Shown here: positions 37,858-46,689 of the stretch, one piece after another | Layout: every line of letters begins with the position of its first letter | Numbering within the stretch: position 1 is the stretch's first letter | Assembly: GCA_947259485.1 (NCBI GenBank) | Contig: CAMYLU010000005.1 | Location: forward strand, 72,714-136,713 | DNA: 64,000 bases | Direction: 5' to 3' | From: an uncultured Gammaproteobacteria bacterium | Lineage (GTDB): Bacteria > Pseudomonadota > Gammaproteobacteria > GCA-001735895 | Notes under the pieces: model-generated | The model's input: the letters and a program-made list of their open reading frames with translations, nothing else | What the model was told of the DNA's origin: nothing | The model's database searches: none | Program-made: the position numbers and the translations under genes

Positions 37858-37980
37858 GAGCGTCCGAAAGTGGCCGAAGATTGCCGCCTGGATAGGACTT
37901 CTCAGCAGCGTCTGCTATTGAGAAATCGTCGGCGTAGTGAGTGGTTGCTCGACTGCATGCGTTTGTTATGTGGCAATTGG
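37858..37980 (+). repeat. Intergenic repeat family copy (long form ending TTGTTATGTGGCAAT)
   Basis: Contains GAGCGTCCGAAAGTGGCCGAAGATTGCC...CAGCGTCTGCTATTGAGAAATCG...GAGTGGTTGCTCGACTGCATGCGTTTGTTATGTGGCAATTGG. Confidence 0.75.
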
Positions 37981-38003
37981 TCTCTATGGGCATTCTGAAG
38001 TAA

Positions 38004-38453
38004 CTACAGTGTCGCGAGCATAAAAGCGCGATCAAGTTTTTCAAATCCTGATTTTTCGTACAAAGCTGCAGCTTCTGGATTATCGTTTTTTACTTCGAGC
38101 TGTATTGTTGTTATGTCAAGTTCTCGACAAGTGTTTTTAAGAAATTCCATTGCCTGGCGTCCAATACCCATCCCTCGATTTTCTTCACGTAAAAATAATT
38201 CATCCATGCTTGCACTTAATCCCCGTGACTCTAATCGGTAGTGTAGGGTTAGGACAATGTATCCAATATTTGCTTCGTTATGTTTAATTAACCAAACTCG
38301 CCCGACTGACTCGTTTGCCACTACGGTTTCCATTGCAGTTTGAGCGGGCCCAATATCGAATGGTGTCGTATGATCAAACTCATGAAAGTCTTGCATGAAC
38401 TTCATTAATATTGGTAAGTCTGAGGTTTCAGCCCTTTCGAAAGACACGCTCAT
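38004..38453 (-). CDS. GNAT-family N-acetyltransferase
   Basis: Acetyl-CoA binding motif RGMGIGRQAM. Size is 149 aa. Confidence 0.8.
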   Translation of the reverse strand: MSVSFERAETSDLPILMKFMQDFHEFDHTTPFDIGPAQTAMETVVANESVGRVWLIKHNEANIGYIVLTLHYRLESRGLSASMDELFLREENRGMGIGRQAMEFLKNTCRELDITTIQLEVKNDNPEAAALYEKSGFEKLDRAFMLATL

Positions 38454-38477
38454 GTTCCTTCTCCGTTAGTTAATGTT

Positions 38478-38605
38478 TGATTGCCACATAACAGCTGGAT
38501 TATAAGGTTTTTGCCTCGATAACATATTATCGCGGAAATGGTGAGCGTCCGCTAATGGCCGAAATACGAAGCTCGTCATTTGGCAATGAGTGTCTGCTTC
38601 CAGGA
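38478..38605 (+). repeat. Intergenic repeat family copy (begins with the inverted ATTGCCACATAACA module)
   Basis: Contains GATTGCCACATAACAG...CTCGATAACATATTATCGC...GTGAGCGTCCGCTAATGGCCGAAATACG...GAGTGTCTGCTTCCAGG. Confidence 0.75.
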
Positions 38606-38625
38606 TTCAGGTAGCCGGAGGTGGC

Positions 38626-38847
38626 CTAATCTAGTTGCTTGACATTAGGATGGCGTTCTGTGGCCCATTCGTGGCATATATCGTCAAGATATTGGCCGAT
38701 CTCCGACTCCGGGAGGTCAGGTGGTACTGCTATATCTGGTGCAGAGCGTCTTTTCCCATCATCACCCAAATAAAACGTAACCCATCCGTTGTTTGACGCG
38801 GCAATAAGAACTCGACGTCCAAAAACATCAAACCTTAGAGCCGTCAT
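38626..38847 (-). CDS. Small hypothetical protein (73 aa)
   Basis: An ORF between two repeat copies with no domain call. Coding status is uncertain. Confidence 0.35.
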   Translation of the reverse strand: MTALRFDVFGRRVLIAASNNGWVTFYLGDDGKRRSAPDIAVPPDLPESEIGQYLDDICHEWATERHPNVKQLD

Positions 38848-38914
38848 AGTCGTTTCTCACTGCCTAATGCACAAGTTACAGGTCAGTATATATCAGTCGG
38901 GTTTAGGCTTGAGG

Positions 38915-38985
38915 GTTGATGTCCGCTTCTGGCCGTAATCAGAAACACAACATGTGCGTTTGAGTTTCTCCTTTGGGTGCGTATT
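38915..38985 (+). repeat. Intergenic repeat family copy (degenerate)
   Basis: Contains GAGGGTTGATGTCCGCTTCTGGCCGTAATC...GTGCGTTTGAGTTTCTCC. Confidence 0.5.
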
Positions 38986-39027
38986 CCTAGCTAGTTCGGT
39001 TCCACCCTTAGGACTAGAACCGCGAGT

Positions 39028-40332
39028 TTAGGCAAAGGCGTGTAACATGGCATTGCGCACCTGCCACGCCTGTGTGCCGGTATCGGCGTCGATGTCTTTG
39101 AGCGTGATCACTTGGCCCTGCTTTATCGGCGCGGTTAATATGACTTCGCTTGCAAGACCTATCGGCAATGCCTGCGCACTGATACTGGCATTCGCTGGCA
39201 TAATCCTTCCCCAGACGGTGTAGCCGCCTTCGCCATCAAGGGTTTCGTCCACTTCGAGATCGCGCTTGGCCACCGCGACAACATCGGCGTTGAAACCCAC
39301 CGGTGCCCCTGTGGGTTGGCCGCGTAACGCGGCACTCAGAATCGAAATATTGAGTTCCAGGCCAATTAAATGAAAAGGTTTGAACATTGCCGAGTAACGG
39401 CCGCTGTCGTCGGTGTTCATCCCGTATTGCCGGAAACAGGCCGCGCTATAGTCGTTGGACGCTTCGAACACACAGTACACGCCCCAGCGCAGATCGCGGT
39501 TAACGGGTTTGCCATCACGCTCGAGGCTCGACACCACTTCCACTTGGCCGGAAAACTCGAGCTGACCTCCGACGCTTCGAGGTCGCAGCACCTGCGCGAG
39601 GTCATCCGCGCTGCAGGGTGGGAAGGCGAGGCCATTGCCGGGCACCTGTAATCCCGACGCATTGGCGATCGCAGCCATTTCGATGCTGGACTTGGTGCCG
39701 TCGAGGAAGGAATTGAACATCTGGCTGCGCATGCCGGCGGCGGCGGCTTCCGCCGCGCTCAGACCGTAATGCGACCAGACCGTGTCCGGGGTCGATTCGT
39801 GGTAGCTCGACAAATATTTGGTACCTTTGCCGGCCGCGACCACGTTAAAGCCGCAGCTGCGTGCCCAGTCGATCATTTCCATGGTCAACGCTGGTTGATC
39901 GCCGTAGGCCATCGAGTAAACAACGCCGGCTTGTTGTGCTTGTTGCGCGAGGTAAGGACCAGCTAGTACATCAGCCTCGACATTGACCATAATGATGTGC
40001 TTGCCGTGGGCGGCGCATAGCAGCGCGTGTTTGATGCCAGCCGCTGGATAACCGGTGGCTTCGACCACGACATCGACTTTGTCCCCGCGAATCATGACCT
40101 CAGCGTCATCAACAAACTCGGTATTGACCACCCGGCTATCGTCCCAGCCGACCTCGCGGCAACGCGCGATGGCCTGGGCGGGGTCGAGATCGGCGATGGT
40201 GGTGACCACCAGTCCCGGAGTGGTGGGCACCTGGGCGAGGAACATAGAGCCGAATTTGCCAGCGCCGATCAGACCGACCCGTACCGGCTTGCCGTCGTTA
40301 GCGCGCTGAATCAGCGATGAATAGAGATACAT
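39028..40332 (-). CDS. NAD(P)-binding oxidoreductase with a C-terminal SAF domain (COG4091 'predicted homoserine dehydrogenase'-like)
   Basis: Rossmann motif VGLIGAGKFGSMF at the N-terminus of the trimmed ORF. Start is set at the ATG at 40330..40332 (MYLYSSL...). The longer track ORF (to 40725) overlaps the upstream PhyH gene in another frame. Confidence 0.6.
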   Translation of the reverse strand: MYLYSSLIQRANDGKPVRVGLIGAGKFGSMFLAQVPTTPGLVVTTIADLDPAQAIARCREVGWDDSRVVNTEFVDDAEVMIRGDKVDVVVEATGYPAAGIKHALLCAAHGKHIIMVNVEADVLAGPYLAQQAQQAGVVYSMAYGDQPALTMEMIDWARSCGFNVVAAGKGTKYLSSYHESTPDTVWSHYGLSAAEAAAAGMRSQMFNSFLDGTKSSIEMAAIANASGLQVPGNGLAFPPCSADDLAQVLRPRSVGGQLEFSGQVEVVSSLERDGKPVNRDLRWGVYCVFEASNDYSAACFRQYGMNTDDSGRYSAMFKPFHLIGLELNISILSAALRGQPTGAPVGFNADVVAVAKRDLEVDETLDGEGGYTVWGRIMPANASISAQALPIGLASEVILTAPIKQGQVITLKDIDADTGTQAWQVRNAMLHAFA

Positions 40333-40345
40333 GGAAGTGGCAGGT

Positions 40346-41125
40346 TTACGCGACCAGCTCGAGCAGCGTATCGTCAGCCAGCGGCTCAATCGGGTTGAAA
40401 TCACGATGCGCGACCCATTCCGGTCGCTTGAACTGGCGGATATGGTTATCCACGTGGCACAGGGATAGGTACACGATGGTACGGTCCATCGGACTGATGT
40501 TAGGGGGGCTGGCATGTACAAGCAGGCTCGAAAACATAAGCATCGAACCGGCATCGCCGGTAGGTGCCACGCATCCGCCCTGGTCATAAAGCCTGGTAAC
40601 GGTTTCCCGGTCCAGGGTCCACAGCGGATAGCTGGTAGTTTCGAGGTCATGGTCCGCTTCGACCACTCCCTGCCTGTGACTGCCTGGGATAAACAGCAAC
40701 GGGCCGTTGGCAGCGGTGACATCATCCAGAAACACGGCGATATTCATCGCGCGCGGTTCGGGCATTAAATCATCGCGTGCCCAGGTACCGTAATCCTGGT
40801 GCCATTGCCAGACATCGCCATCGAATGCAGCCTTGGCGTTAACCTTGTACTGGTGCATGTAAACCGGGCCGTCGAGCAACCGCATCACTGGTTCGATCAG
40901 GCGTGGGTGTGCGCCGAGTCGGCGGAAGGCATCGTTATAGGTATGTGCCGCGAAGGCAGTGCGTGCGACACCCGTTTTCTCGCGCCAGACTTCCTCGCGT
41001 TGTAACGCGTAAACATCGAGCGCGGCCTGCTTTAGAATCCCTGTTTCCTCGGAGGTGAAAGCGTTTGGAAAAAACAGGTAGCCATCCTGTTCAAATTTTT
41101 CGATTTGCTGATCAGTTAGATGCAT
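40346..41125 (-). CDS. Phytanoyl-CoA dioxygenase (PhyH) family Fe(II)/2-oxoglutarate-dependent oxygenase
   Basis: The HxD...H facial triad context (WHQDYGTW ... HASPPN) and the 259 aa length fit PhyH-family hydroxylases. Confidence 0.7.
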   Translation of the reverse strand: MHLTDQQIEKFEQDGYLFFPNAFTSEETGILKQAALDVYALQREEVWREKTGVARTAFAAHTYNDAFRRLGAHPRLIEPVMRLLDGPVYMHQYKVNAKAAFDGDVWQWHQDYGTWARDDLMPEPRAMNIAVFLDDVTAANGPLLFIPGSHRQGVVEADHDLETTSYPLWTLDRETVTRLYDQGGCVAPTGDAGSMLMFSSLLVHASPPNISPMDRTIVYLSLCHVDNHIRQFKRPEWVAHRDFNPIEPLADDTLLELVA

Positions 41126-41293
41126 GGGCTCGAAAGCTTGTTCTCAAGCCTGATATATTACTTGAAAATTACACTTCATTCCTGTTATTGACGCCAAACC
41201 CGGTTTTTTCGCGTCGCGAGACTCCTCACGCACTAATTGTTTTTTTCAGGACATCTCCAAAGAACTACTTCTGACTGATTTGATTTTCCAACT

Positions 41294-41363
41294 GAGCATC
41301 TGCTTATGGCCGAAGATTGCCCCACGCAGGGGCTTTATGAGCGTCTGCTTTGAGGGAAACAGG
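41294..41363 (+). repeat. Intergenic repeat family copy (short form)
   Basis: Contains GAGCATCTGCTTATGGCCGAAGATTGCCCC...GAGCGTCTGCTTTGAGGGAAACAGG. Confidence 0.7.
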
Positions 41364-41387
41364 TTCTCAGGAAAAAATAATAAACTC

Positions 41388-41798
41388 TTAGGACTGATCA
41401 ATCTCGGCGACAGCCATACCACCAATTTCGATCAAAAGGCCATCCGTGGAAAGCGATGTTACTCCAACAAGCGTATTTGTCGGCAAACATTCCGATTGGA
41501 AAAATTCAGCAATCGTTCCAGTAACATCATTCAGTTGTGAAGGGTCGTAATTGACCACGTGAGTTGTGATTTGAACGATATCAGAAATTTGACCACCTCC
41601 AGTTTCGACGGCGGCTTTTAGATTTCTCATGGTTTGACGGGTTTGAGCAACGATATCATTTTTGCCGACTATCTTGCGGTCGCTATCAAATGACACCTGG
41701 CCAGATAAAAAGATTATACGCCCCCCTTCCGTGGCTACGACGTGGTGATAACTCTTTGGCGCTGGAGAGCCTGGAGGATTGAGGTACGATTTTTTCAT
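41388..41798 (-). CDS. RidA/YjgF-family reactive-intermediate deaminase
   Basis: 136 aa. The pattern (GGRIIFLSGQV ... the GVTSL region) is typical of YjgF/RidA. Confidence 0.75.
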   Translation of the reverse strand: MKKSYLNPPGSPAPKSYHHVVATEGGRIIFLSGQVSFDSDRKIVGKNDIVAQTRQTMRNLKAAVETGGGQISDIVQITTHVVNYDPSQLNDVTGTIAEFFQSECLPTNTLVGVTSLSTDGLLIEIGGMAVAEIDQS

Positions 41799-41876
41799 AA
41801 TTCCATGTCGCTTTCTTAAAGGGGGGATAGAAAGAATATGCGCTAATTGTCAAACGGTCTAGGCACGATTTCTGTG

Positions 41877-41946
41877 AGCGTCCGCTCCTGGCCGAAGATT
41901 GCCACTGGTGAGTAGTTATTCAGTGTCTGCTTTGGAGAAAACAGGC
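41877..41946 (+). repeat. Intergenic repeat family copy (short form)
   Basis: Contains GAGCGTCCGCTCCTGGCCGAAGATTGCCAC...CAGTGTCTGCTTTGGAGAAAACAGG. Confidence 0.75.
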
Positions 41947-42136
41947 GATCCGTGGAAGAACCAGCCTAACGGTTTCATAGCCTAACAAATGCCTGGGGAT
42001 CAGATACTAGAACCGATAATGGGTGCCTTCGTTTACCGGCAAATTAACCTTGTTCGCCAAATTTGCAATCGAACGGTATTTTTTCGACTATCTTTGTTCA
42101 TAACAAGCGTCGAAAAACATCTGAAAATCGGTCACT

Positions 42137-42673
42137 ATGAAAAGATTATTTGCCACCAGGCTTTGTTTAGGGCTTTTGCTGATATCCCTGCTCGTGAGCT
42201 GTGACCAGGTCGAGCAGCTGATTAAACAGGAAGCCAAACCGGTCAATTTTTTAAACGGGACTTTTTCGGTATTGAAACCTGGAAGCTGGTCGACCATGGA
42301 CAATCTGAACGATGAGGCTAATTTGCAAATGGGCAATCTTTTTAAGGAAGCCTATGTTGTTATTTTGACCGAGAACAAACAGGACTTCGACAATATCGGC
42401 CTGCAGGGCCATAGCGATTTGACGAGGTCTTTCATGAGGGAAGCGCTGAAGAATTACCAGGAGTCGCAACGGGTAAAACTCGATATCGGCGGTCATTCGG
42501 CGTTGCGCTACCGCCTGAGCGGAAGCGTGGATAGTATCAAGATTGTCTACTGGCACGTGACCATCGAAACCGCCGATCATTTCCACCAGATGTTGCTGTG
42601 GAGCCTGCCGTCAAAATTTGGCGGAAACGAGGCCGATTTCAATTCCGTGATTCGATCATTCAAGGTACTCTAG
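42137..42673 (+). CDS. Hypothetical lipoprotein
   Basis: Signal peptide plus lipobox LLVSC. No domain call. Confidence 0.5.
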   Translation: MKRLFATRLCLGLLLISLLVSCDQVEQLIKQEAKPVNFLNGTFSVLKPGSWSTMDNLNDEANLQMGNLFKEAYVVILTENKQDFDNIGLQGHSDLTRSFMREALKNYQESQRVKLDIGGHSALRYRLSGSVDSIKIVYWHVTIETADHFHQMLLWSLPSKFGGNEADFNSVIRSFKVL

Positions 42674-42920
42674 CCTCGAACCCGCGCAACGTAGGCTCGG
42701 AATCAGACTTACGCGTTAGATTTTTCTTTTAAGATTCTGGGGACACAATTAACGACAGGTCTCCTCGTGCTCCCCAACTGTCGGAAAATTAAATAAAGAT
42801 CGCACCATAGATTGTTGTCTGGATTGACTTTTACCTAGAACCTCATAAAATACTTTATGATTCAAATATAACTTGCTAAATTTAAACAACTTAATTATTT
42901 CAATTTTAATTAAATAGTTA

Positions 42921-43250
42921 GTGAGGTTCTGGGAATTGTCTTATATCAAAAAAATGGTCGAACGACGTGCTTCCAGGCGCGATCGGCGTTTCTTAGGAAA
43001 TCGACGCTCCAACTACATGCGATATATCCATGCCACCAACGAAGAAAACAAGCGTTTGGGGTTATTCTGGCAGCGATTGATTACTCAAGAATTTATCACT
43101 GAAGAAGACGCATTATTACTGGCCGAGAATTTCTTCCAGGAGTTAGGCGGGTATAGTGACGAGATGGCGAAAGACATGGTCCGAAAAATCTTGAGCGAAG
43201 TCGCTGATCAGTACAGGACTAAAACAACCTTGACCCCGGCAGCCGGTTAG
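42921..43250 (+). CDS. Hypothetical protein (109 aa) in an AT-rich segment
   Basis: ORF only. The upstream 250 nt is strongly AT-rich. Confidence 0.35.
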   Translation: MRFWELSYIKKMVERRASRRDRRFLGNRRSNYMRYIHATNEENKRLGLFWQRLITQEFITEEDALLLAENFFQELGGYSDEMAKDMVRKILSEVADQYRTKTTLTPAAG

Positions 43251-43387
43251 CGGGTAATCAATCCTGTAATATAGCCCTGCCACCGTGCTGGGATTTTTGT
43301 GTTTACTCAGCGTCTGCGACGGCCCGGATAAAGGGTATTGCCAATTGCAGCAAATATATATCGCGAATGGGTTAACGAAAGATTCGA

Positions 43388-43756
43388 CTACTTTCTTTTT
43401 TTAAGCATTGACGCCAGATCCGCAAACGGGTTGTAGGTTTCCTCTTTATTTTGCGTTTCGGTTGTGGAATCGCCATAAGCTGAGTCAACAAGGCGGGAAT
43501 GCTCGTTATCATGACAATAGACACATAACAGCTCCCAGTTGCTGCCGTCACCCGGGTTATTGTCATGATCGTGATCGCGGTGATGAACTGTCAGCTCCTG
43601 CAGGTTTTTCTGGTTGAACTCACGGGCGCATCGTCCGCATACCCACGGATACATTTTCAACGCCCTGCTGCGGTAACTTTGCTCTCTTTCTTCACGGGCT
43701 ACGCGCGCCTGCGAAACAACGCGATCAAGTTTGTCAGTGGAATTTTTCGATGACAT
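43388..43756 (-). CDS. yajD: YajD-family HNH endonuclease-like protein
   Basis: Motifs CGRCAREF...HHRDHDHDNN...CVYCHDNEH (CxxC...HH...N...CxxCH). Confidence 0.7.
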   Translation of the reverse strand: MSSKNSTDKLDRVVSQARVAREEREQSYRSRALKMYPWVCGRCAREFNQKNLQELTVHHRDHDHDNNPGDGSNWELLCVYCHDNEHSRLVDSAYGDSTTETQNKEETYNPFADLASMLKKRK

Positions 43757-43971
43757 TGTGGCTACGTAATATAGTATGTATTCGGCTCACTTGTCTGTAT
43801 CCCTCAGACCATTGTACTGATGACTGGAAGCTTGAACTGTCAAGCCTACATGATATACCCGATCGTTCCAATGAGACCGACCCTGGTTTCTCTGCGTTTA
43901 TAACCTGCCCTCCTTGACTATAAATAACCGAAAAGGTACCGTTTTTTCGATTACCAAAAAGACAAAGGACT

Positions 43972-44478
43972 ATGCAGCATACATCCCTGGTACGCTTCCC
44001 GATTGTCATGGCTATTGTTTTAACCTTGTCGATCGGCAGGCTGATGGCCGCCCCACCCGCGGGTTACCAGTTCCTGTCGCTGACCGAGGCGGCGCAACTG
44101 GCGAGCAGTGAAAACAAACCCATGCTGCTGTACTTTGGTCGCTACGGCTGCACATCCTGCCGCAAAATGCATGCGGAAGTTTTCAGCGATGCGTCTCTCA
44201 GCGCAAAATATAACAGCGCCTTTGTGCTTGCCTATGTCGATACCGAGAGTGGGAATCGCATCAGGCTCGCTAACGGAGAAAGAACCACCGAAATGCAATT
44301 TGCAACACGCAGCCGCATTCTCGGCACGCCCACCTTTATTTTCTTCTCACCCGAGCAAAAGCCCCTGTTCAAAAAAGCGGGATTTCAAACCATAGCCCAG
44401 ATGAACCTGTACGGTGATTACATTCTCGAGAAGCATTACAAGTCGATGCCGTTACAAGAGTTTATGGCTCAGCAATGA
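43972..44478 (+). CDS. Periplasmic thioredoxin-fold protein (CxxC = C-T-S-C)
   Basis: Signal peptide followed by LLYFGRYGCTSCRKM, a thioredoxin-like active site. Confidence 0.65.
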   Translation: MQHTSLVRFPIVMAIVLTLSIGRLMAAPPAGYQFLSLTEAAQLASSENKPMLLYFGRYGCTSCRKMHAEVFSDASLSAKYNSAFVLAYVDTESGNRIRLANGERTTEMQFATRSRILGTPTFIFFSPEQKPLFKKAGFQTIAQMNLYGDYILEKHYKSMPLQEFMAQQ

Positions 44479-45689
44479 GATTCAGGTTTGCTGGATTATG
44501 CCTCGCTCTGGCCATATTCCAGGTACAGGCTTCAGAGCGCTGGATTTTCGATAGCAGAATCAGCGTAACCGGTCCGCCAGTTGACGCTGTTTACCATCAT
44601 CTTGAGGGTTCGGGTCGTAAACATATCGCCGTAACCGGGGAATCGGTTGCTGTAGTCTGGGAAGACAATCGCAGTCGAGACCCACAAATCTACGCCACGC
44701 TTAAATCGCTAACCCGGGAAACCTTCCCCACGGCCCTGTTGGTGAGTAGTGGTAGCGAAGCATACGAACCGGCCATCGATGCCATAAGCGGTAATCGATT
44801 CGTGTTAGCCTTTGAACAGGATGCATCCGTTTTCGCCAGGATACTGACCGCGAAAGGCCTGGCCGAGCCAGCCAGGCTCAGTCGAGCAGCGGCCAGCCAC
44901 GTCAGTATCGCAGGTTTTGACGATCGGGTTTTTGCCAGCTGGCGCGAACAGAATAATAGCGGTTGGTTTATCAAAATCGCGGCATTACGGATCACCAAAG
45001 CTAACCGGATTGTCGTCGAATCTCTACAGTCCGTCGAAGCCGGTGGCCTGGAAACGCCGGTACTGTTTCCTGCCATCGCGGTCAACAATGCAGGAATTTG
45101 TGTCGCCTGGGAAGACCGGCGAGCCGGGCATACGCGCTTACTCGTCAGTCATGCCAGGGATGCCGGGAAGTCCTTCACTGAACCACAATTTCTCAATGAA
45201 TTTTTTTCCAACCGAAATCAATATGACCGGGGTAGTGGTGTCACCAGGGTTTCCCTGGCCTCATTTGCGCAAGATGAAATCCTGGCAGCCTGGATGGACA
45301 AGCGCAGAGGCGGTAAGGGTTACGGTATTTTCGCCGCGCTCGGAGCCGACGCCGGTGAGAATTTCGGTCCGAACGAAAAGGTGCACGGCGAGGAAGGCGA
45401 TACGCAACCACACTATAATCCGGCAACTGCTGGCAACCAGGCCGGTGATTTCGTCATAGCCTGGGACGATTTCAGGCGCGGCGACTCTGACATATGGATT
45501 AGTGCCCATAACCCGGATTTGGAATGGAGCCTGGATTATGCGCCACCCGTCGCCAGCGGAGATGGCGAACAATCCCACCCATCGATTGCCCTCGATGAAC
45601 AGGGTAACCTGCACCTGGTATGGATAGAACGTGCCCAACCGGACGGACCGAGCAGGCTCTGGTACAGCCCTGGGCGAACGCGGCAATAG
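44475..45689 (+). CDS. Secreted BNR/sialidase-like beta-propeller repeat protein
   Basis: Signal peptide. Repeated (S/A)xDxGxxF/W-like blades (ARDAGKSFT, GADAGENFG, AWED/AWDD repeats). The ATG overlaps the upstream stop by 4 nt (ATGA). Confidence 0.55.
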   Translation: MRFRFAGLCLALAIFQVQASERWIFDSRISVTGPPVDAVYHHLEGSGRKHIAVTGESVAVVWEDNRSRDPQIYATLKSLTRETFPTALLVSSGSEAYEPAIDAISGNRFVLAFEQDASVFARILTAKGLAEPARLSRAAASHVSIAGFDDRVFASWREQNNSGWFIKIAALRITKANRIVVESLQSVEAGGLETPVLFPAIAVNNAGICVAWEDRRAGHTRLLVSHARDAGKSFTEPQFLNEFFSNRNQYDRGSGVTRVSLASFAQDEILAAWMDKRRGGKGYGIFAALGADAGENFGPNEKVHGEEGDTQPHYNPATAGNQAGDFVIAWDDFRRGDSDIWISAHNPDLEWSLDYAPPVASGDGEQSHPSIALDEQGNLHLVWIERAQPDGPSRLWYSPGRTRQ

Positions 45690-45899
45690 CAATGAATCTT
45701 GATGGAAGTGAACTGAAACTAAATACTCCTCGTATAGATTTTGTTACCCTTGATCGCGGGACACTCAGACCGATCCCGGGGCACCCAAGTCAATAACCAG
45801 ATAGTTTCGAACATCGCGATGATCACACACTTAGAATTAAACAATGCCATACCGATTCCACTGCGAGCCAGGCTGCGGATTGGCACAGCACGACGACCG

Positions 45900-46583
45900 A
45901 TGAATAGCGTCTTGCTCATGGTCGGGTTGCTGATAACGCTTCTCGCCCTGGGTCAATCGGTTCAGGCAACGGAGGAAATACCAACCTTTCAGCGGGTTCC
46001 GACCCAATTCATCGCCGCGCTGGGTAATGCTGACGCCACTTCCGGGACTGGTGCCGAGTCCTGGGGTCTTTGGCGCAGAGATCCAGGCCCCAGGGGAGTC
46101 TGGCTGACCAACTACGAGGTGCAACTCAAAGCCACCGGCGGTGTCGCACCCGCGCAATGGAAGTTCGATATCAAAGACTGGTGGCTGGATGAAAACGGTC
46201 TGATCATGGAGAAACCGGTGTTTCCGGTACCTGCTGGTAAATATATCGTCACCGGCGACCGGGAGAAAATCGCTATGCTAACCGTTTATCCAAAGGACGA
46301 GAACGGTGCCCAGCGTTGGGAACTTGGCAACGATGCAAAGCTCTACGACGTGACGCATCTACCCTGCCGTACCGCGCGCTATACACCAACAGCAGGCGTA
46401 ACTTCATGTTCACCTGCCAATGCACCGAAGGCCGCATTTAAAGTTACGCCAGGGGCCCCGATGCCACTCGTGGAAGGCTGCATCAAGCAAGACTACGCGG
46501 TCCTCTTTATCATAGCCGAGGCTGTAGACAATCCAGCACCTGTGGAACCCGGGAAAATTGCGCAAACAGATCCCGAATCCTGA
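45900..46583 (+). CDS. Secreted hypothetical protein
   Basis: Start chosen at the internal Met that begins a signal peptide (MNSVLLMVGLLITLLALGQSVQA). The track ORF begins at 45741. Confidence 0.5.
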   Translation: MNSVLLMVGLLITLLALGQSVQATEEIPTFQRVPTQFIAALGNADATSGTGAESWGLWRRDPGPRGVWLTNYEVQLKATGGVAPAQWKFDIKDWWLDENGLIMEKPVFPVPAGKYIVTGDREKIAMLTVYPKDENGAQRWELGNDAKLYDVTHLPCRTARYTPTAGVTSCSPANAPKAAFKVTPGAPMPLVEGCIKQDYAVLFIIAEAVDNPAPVEPGKIAQTDPES

Positions 46584-46689
46584 ATCTCAACAGGCCTAGC
46601 CGTTTCAGTACAGCTGCGCCGTAAGCAATGCAAAATTAGCCGCTCTGCACCATCAGTCGTAGGCAGTTTCCAGGGGATCTGTAGAAGAT

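Noticed and set aside
39028-40725. 565-aa version of the SAF-domain oxidoreductase ORF
   Set aside because: The N-terminal 131 codons overlap the PhyH gene in another frame and are Cys/Arg/Trp-rich. The Rossmann motif begins right after the internal ATG at 40330..40332, so the gene was trimmed.
41950-41980. Two GCCTAAC motifs (the textbook attC inverse-core sequence) 16 nt apart
   Set aside because: Short and could arise by chance. No matching GTTAGGC nearby. Noted only as weak supporting colour for the cassette hypothesis.
29940-42140. Strict integron attC consensus (RYYYAAC ... GTTRRRY with 7-nt boxes) in the repeat family
   Set aside because: I could not place a clean RYYYAAC/GTTRRRY pair at the two ends of every copy. 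Only the long forms show the ACATAAC/GTTATGT boxes, and there is no intI in the window. The finding is therefore reported as attC-like or MITE, not as a called integron.
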